Part shown: positions 61,267 to 64,000 of the stretch, piece by piece
Numbering within the stretch: position 1 is the stretch's first letter
How the letters are laid out: every line of letters starts with the position of its first letter
Origin: an uncultured Candidatus Saccharibacteria bacterium
GTDB lineage: Bacteria > Patescibacteriota > Minisyncoccia > Phycocordibacterales > JACOZG01
NCBI GenBank assembly: GCA_964591715.1
Contig: CAZQDR010000003.1
Coordinates: 269-64,268, forward strand
Reading direction: 5' to 3'
Length of the DNA: 64,000 nucleotides
Notes under the pieces: generated by a model
What the model was told of the DNA's origin: nothing
Databases searched by the model: none
Seen by the model: the letters and a program-made list of their open reading frames with translations, nothing else
Program-made: the position numbers and the translations under genes

Positions 61267-61284
61267 ATACCCCCCAGGGGGTAT
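61267..61284. promoter_or_regulatory. CsoR-type operator ATACCCCC-CA-GGGGGTAT overlapping the csoR-copA promoter
   Basis: Perfect 8-bp arms lie between TTGACG (61286-61291) and TAGGAT (61262-67). Confidence 0.7.
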
Positions 61285-61312
61285 CCGTCAAGTATAGATA
61301 TCCCCCTTACCG

Positions 61313-61354
61313 TCAAAACAAAAATGACCCCGCGAATAGTGTTCGCGGGGTCAT
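61313..61354 (-). terminator. Intrinsic terminator after the HIT gene
   Basis: ATGACCCCGCGAA-TAGTG-TTCGCGGGGTCAT hairpin followed by TTTTTGTTTTG on the minus strand. Confidence 0.75.
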
Positions 61355-61380
61355 GAAAACTGGCGCCTAGTGACAACGGG

Positions 61381-61836
61381 TCAGGCAATGGTTTTATCTA
61401 AAGTCAATTTAAGCTGTTTCGCCACCTCTTTAAGTTCCGCCTCTGGACTCGCCTCTCGGCTACCAGGACGATATAAAAATTGACGAGGTTCATATTCAAT
61501 AATTCCTGCGTCACCTTCCTTTCGTGGCAACAAGTGCAAATGAAAGTGCGGCACTGATTGTCCCGCCAATTTACCCTCATTCCAGGCAAAGTTGAAACCT
61601 TCAGCGCCAAACACTTTAGTCAGTGCCCCTTTAAGTGTCCCCATTAAATTAAAAATGGCTTGTCGTTCCGCTTCGGTCAACTCCGCAAAAGTAGCGACAC
61701 AGCGAGTCGGCACAATTAAAACGTGGCCAGGCACAATCGGGATATTGGTTGGGAAAGCGAAAGCTAATTCATTAGAAATAATCACCCGCTCTTTAATAGC
61801 TGGGATTTCACAAAACGCGCAGTAAATATCAGTCAT
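61381..61836 (-). CDS. HIT-family nucleotide hydrolase/transferase
   Basis: Histidine triad HFHLHLLPR and GHVLIVP. Confidence 0.85.
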   Translation of the reverse strand: MTDIYCAFCEIPAIKERVIISNELAFAFPTNIPIVPGHVLIVPTRCVATFAELTEAERQAIFNLMGTLKGALTKVFGAEGFNFAWNEGKLAGQSVPHFHLHLLPRKEGDAGIIEYEPRQFLYRPGSREASPEAELKEVAKQLKLTLDKTIA

Positions 61837-61890
61837 AAATTTGAAAGCCAGTATATCAACTAATCTCTTGGTTAGAAAGTTAATTGAGTT

Positions 61891-61932
61891 ATTTAAATAA
61901 AAGAAGCCCCGTCAGCATCACGCTGCGGGGCT
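61891..61932 (-). terminator. Intrinsic terminator after the 61963-62343 gene
   Basis: AGCCCCGTCAGC...GCTGCGGGGCT hairpin followed by TTCTTTTATTT on the minus strand. Confidence 0.7.
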
Positions 61933-61962
61933 ATTAAGGTTGTGACTGGGGCACTTCTGACT

Positions 61963-62343
61963 TCAGTCCGGCAGAGCTTCGTTATCAAGCTTGATCGCCA
62001 GAGCTAGAAGAACTAACGCATTTCTGACTCTCAAACTACGACCGCCACCGATCATCGTTCGAAAGCGCAAAACCGGTCCGCGGTGCTGGTCGGTGCTTAA
62101 CCAAGCATCACCATCCCGAGTAAACCCGACAATCATCCGTCCTTCCCGCGTGCCATCATGATCATCGTGCAATCTCAAGTATTGCTCATCCACCGATAAT
62201 CCGGTTGGCCAAAAAGGATTGTTCAGCACCCGCAACGCATCTTTGTTCAGTCTTTCGCTGGAGGGTTCCACATTGATCTCCTTATATTTAACCAAGCTCC
62301 CCTCTTCCTCTTTAAAACTACTGCGTTTAGAAGATAGGGTCAA
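61963..62343 (-). CDS. Hypothetical protein
   Basis: An ORF with a TTG start at 62343. An alternative GTG at 62271 lies 6 nt after GGAG. I recognise no motif. Confidence 0.45.
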   Translation of the reverse strand: MTLSSKRSSFKEEEGSLVKYKEINVEPSSERLNKDALRVLNNPFWPTGLSVDEQYLRLHDDHDGTREGRMIVGFTRDGDAWLSTDQHRGPVLRFRTMIGGGRSLRVRNALVLLALAIKLDNEALPD

Positions 62344-62344
62344 A

Positions 62345-62839
62345 TCATTTCCTTGCTCGATATATTTTTAACTTACTGTACTCTTTATCCTCTTCTGACT
62401 CTAACACTAACTCTGGCTCTAGATTAAACACTGGAACACCTTCTACCACTTCAACTGGCACGACATTAAAAATAACCTTGTCGATCAAACCAAGCTTATA
62501 AAAATCAGTATTTAAAGTCGGGCCACTTGATAATAAAATCTTTTTCCCTTGCTCTACCGCCTCTTCTGGCGACCCCACTTTTACATAGCCAAGCTTAGGA
62601 ACGAATTCCTCATTCTTGCTTACGACGACTTTTTTAATTTTAAGCTCTCCAAAACTTCTAACTAAACCTGGTTCATATGATTGAATCACTTCATACGTCC
62701 TTCGGCCCATTACCACGACATCGCACTGACGGCACAAGTTTAAAAAATCACTCCATAGCTCGTCGGGTATAAAATCCTCCGAGTCATCTAATCGAGAAAT
62801 AAACCCATCGGCCGAAATGGCGTTATATAGAGTTACCAT
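62345..62839 (-). CDS. RibD C-terminal / DHFR-fold reductase (second copy in the window)
   Basis: YNAISADGFISR...VVMGRRTYE...LLSSGPTL pattern. The ATG lies 6 nt after TGcTATACT. Confidence 0.6.
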   Translation of the reverse strand: MVTLYNAISADGFISRLDDSEDFIPDELWSDFLNLCRQCDVVVMGRRTYEVIQSYEPGLVRSFGELKIKKVVVSKNEEFVPKLGYVKVGSPEEAVEQGKKILLSSGPTLNTDFYKLGLIDKVIFNVVPVEVVEGVPVFNLEPELVLESEEDKEYSKLKIYRARK

Positions 62840-62892
62840 CCCTAAAGTATAGCAGACCAGCTTTCTCCATACCCACCTGGAAAAAAGTGTAC

Positions 62893-62917
62893 TGAGAAGT
62901 CGTTTTGGTTTTAGGTG
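62893..62917. repeat. 25-bp direct repeat, copy 1 (TGAGAAGTCGTTTTGGTTTTAGGTG)
   Basis: Matches 63943-63967 at 24 of 25 positions. Confidence 0.8.
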
Positions 62918-63074
62918 AGGTCGTAGAGGATGTTAGAACTATATTTGAGAAAAGGAATGATGCGACGATCTACATTCCTGATTTATACCCTACCCCAGCA
63001 CGTCAAAACTAGAACCGATTTTACAGCTCAAAGAAAACCGCCCTCTAACGGTTTTCGTTAGTGGGCGGTGGTGG

Positions 63075-63605
63075 TTAAACAAAAGAACAAATACAACTTT
63101 CTTTCCGCCGGCCGCAACCGAGACAGTCGCGGTTTACAGGTTCGCTCTCGGTGAGAAAGTCCTCTTCGTCATACTGCTCGCACCGTGCTTCGTCGGCATC
63201 GCGTTGAGAATTGTCCGTCGAGAACAGATTGATACGCCCCGGACGGTGAACCGACATCGAGACTTCGTGTTCAAGCTCGCAGCAGGCAAGCGTCGTCCTT
63301 GTGTCAGCGTCGCGAATCACTCTCATGAGCTTGTTGCGCACAGACTTCAGAAGTTTCTGGGGGTTGCGCAGTTCCCCTCGGAGGCTGTACTCAAAAAGAA
63401 TAATTTCACCCATACCCCCGAGCCGATGCTGAACAATCACGCAGTTGCTGGCGAAGCATTCCAAATCTTCTACTGTCAGTCCAATGGTCGTGATTCCATA
63501 AACCATGAACACGACTCGTGAGCATGACTGGCCGATGATGGCGAGCGTACCCTCACTCTGGATTTGAACTTGCCGAGACGCCGAAACGATGACGTTGCTT
63601 TTCAT
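63075..63605 (-). CDS. Hypothetical protein with a C-terminal Cys cluster
   Basis: Start re-picked at MKSNVIV (ATG at 63605, AGGAG 7 nt upstream). The C-terminus reads CLGCGRRKESCIC. Confidence 0.5.
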   Translation of the reverse strand: MKSNVIVSASRQVQIQSEGTLAIIGQSCSRVVFMVYGITTIGLTVEDLECFASNCVIVQHRLGGMGEIILFEYSLRGELRNPQKLLKSVRNKLMRVIRDADTRTTLACCELEHEVSMSVHRPGRINLFSTDNSQRDADEARCEQYDEEDFLTESEPVNRDCLGCGRRKESCICSFV

Positions 63606-63696
63606 CTCTAGACTCCTAATTTGAAGGAACAATGTGTCGAATGTTTATTGAGCCCAACACGTTGGCTCACAGGATCGAATGATTCTTGCTTTTACT

Positions 63697-63725
63697 ATTA
63701 TATCTTTATTCCAGTTTTTTGTCAA
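63697..63725 (-). promoter_or_regulatory. Perfect consensus sigma70 promoter TTGACA-17-TATAAT
   Basis: -35 at 63720-63725 and -10 at 63697-63702. It drives the 63075-63605 gene. Confidence 0.65.
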
Positions 63726-63784
63726 TAGCTCGGGTAGAACTAAAACATGCCTTAAAATAAGGCTAGATTGGAGAAAATTATCGC

Positions 63785-63800
63785 TGGGTGCCCACTAGGA
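63785..63800 (-). other. Orphan copy of the tRNA 3' end (att-like fragment)
   Basis: TGGGTGCCCACTAGGA matches TGGGTGCCCACTGGGA at 63962-63977 at 15 of 16 positions. Confidence 0.6.
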
Positions 63801-63942
63801 CGCTTCGCTATCTCACATCGCTTCGCTCCTACAAACCCCTCGGTTTGTATTGTTCCGCCACGGGGAACTAATGTTCCCCGACCCCCTCCTTGTTCTATTC
63901 CCACTGGGGCCCAACAGCGAAACACAAAACGACCCCTCGTAA

Positions 63943-63967
63943 TGAGAAGTCGTTTTGGTTTTGGGTG
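63943..63967. repeat. 25-bp direct repeat, copy 2, overlapping the last 4 nt of the tRNA
   Basis: TGAGAAGTCGTTTTGGTTTTGGGTG. Confidence 0.8.
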
Positions 63968-64000
63968 CCCACTGGGAATCGAACCCAGATTGAGAGATCC
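63964..64000 (-). tRNA. tRNA gene, 3' portion only (truncated by the window edge); identity undetermined
   Basis: The minus strand reads ...CTGGG-TTCGATT-CCCAG-TGGGCAC-C, giving a T arm, a 7-nt acceptor strand and discriminator C. CCA is not encoded. Confidence 0.65.

Noticed and set aside
1-64000. Looked for CRISPR arrays, transposases, integrases, reverse transcriptases, restriction-modification genes and toxin-antitoxin pairs.
   Set aside because: No spaced direct-repeat array and no ORF with recognisable motifs of these classes was seen. The only mobility hints are the short direct repeats reported as findings.

Overview
This 64-kb fragment looks like a compact, reduced bacterial chromosome. 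Its gene content fits a Patescibacteria/CPR-type organism, but that is an inference; no database search was possible. I call about 75 protein genes, and all but eight are on the minus strand. The core is housekeeping: rplK-rplJ-rplL, secE-nusG, rpsF-ssb-rpsR, ftsK, recA, efp, recO, and the Met, Gly, Ile and Arg tRNA synthetases. These genes are interspersed with many membrane-anchored or secreted surface proteins (LTD, PKD, PG-binding, beta-helix). Also present are an RND efflux pair, a csoR-copA copper operon, a LexA/Y-family polymerase cassette, csrA, cdaA, and a truncated tRNA at the right edge. No CRISPR array, transposase or integrase was seen. The strongest candidate for something new is a pyrimidine deoxynucleotide cluster (33074-41170). 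Its ThyA-family enzyme carries the cytosine-specifying Asp instead of Asn. It sits in an operon with a DHFR-fold reductase and a Dcd-fold protein that lacks the deaminase Glu. Next to it are a T4-gp1-like dNMP kinase, a CDA-fold deaminase and an NDT/Rcl-like gene. Together these suggest a 5-(hydroxy)methyl-cytosine nucleotide pathway. Other notable items: an IleRS with an apparently intact histidine-phosphatase domain inserted inside its zinc knuckle; a CopA lacking the DKTGT phosphorylation motif through an in-frame gap; a roughly 260-nt structured RNA with its own promoter and terminator; a duplicated pair of unknown genes with duplicated promoters; short direct repeats bracketing two genes, one at a tRNA 3' end; and widespread leaderless-type promoter geometry. 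All family calls rest on motifs read by eye, and gene starts were re-picked where the ORF track over-extended.
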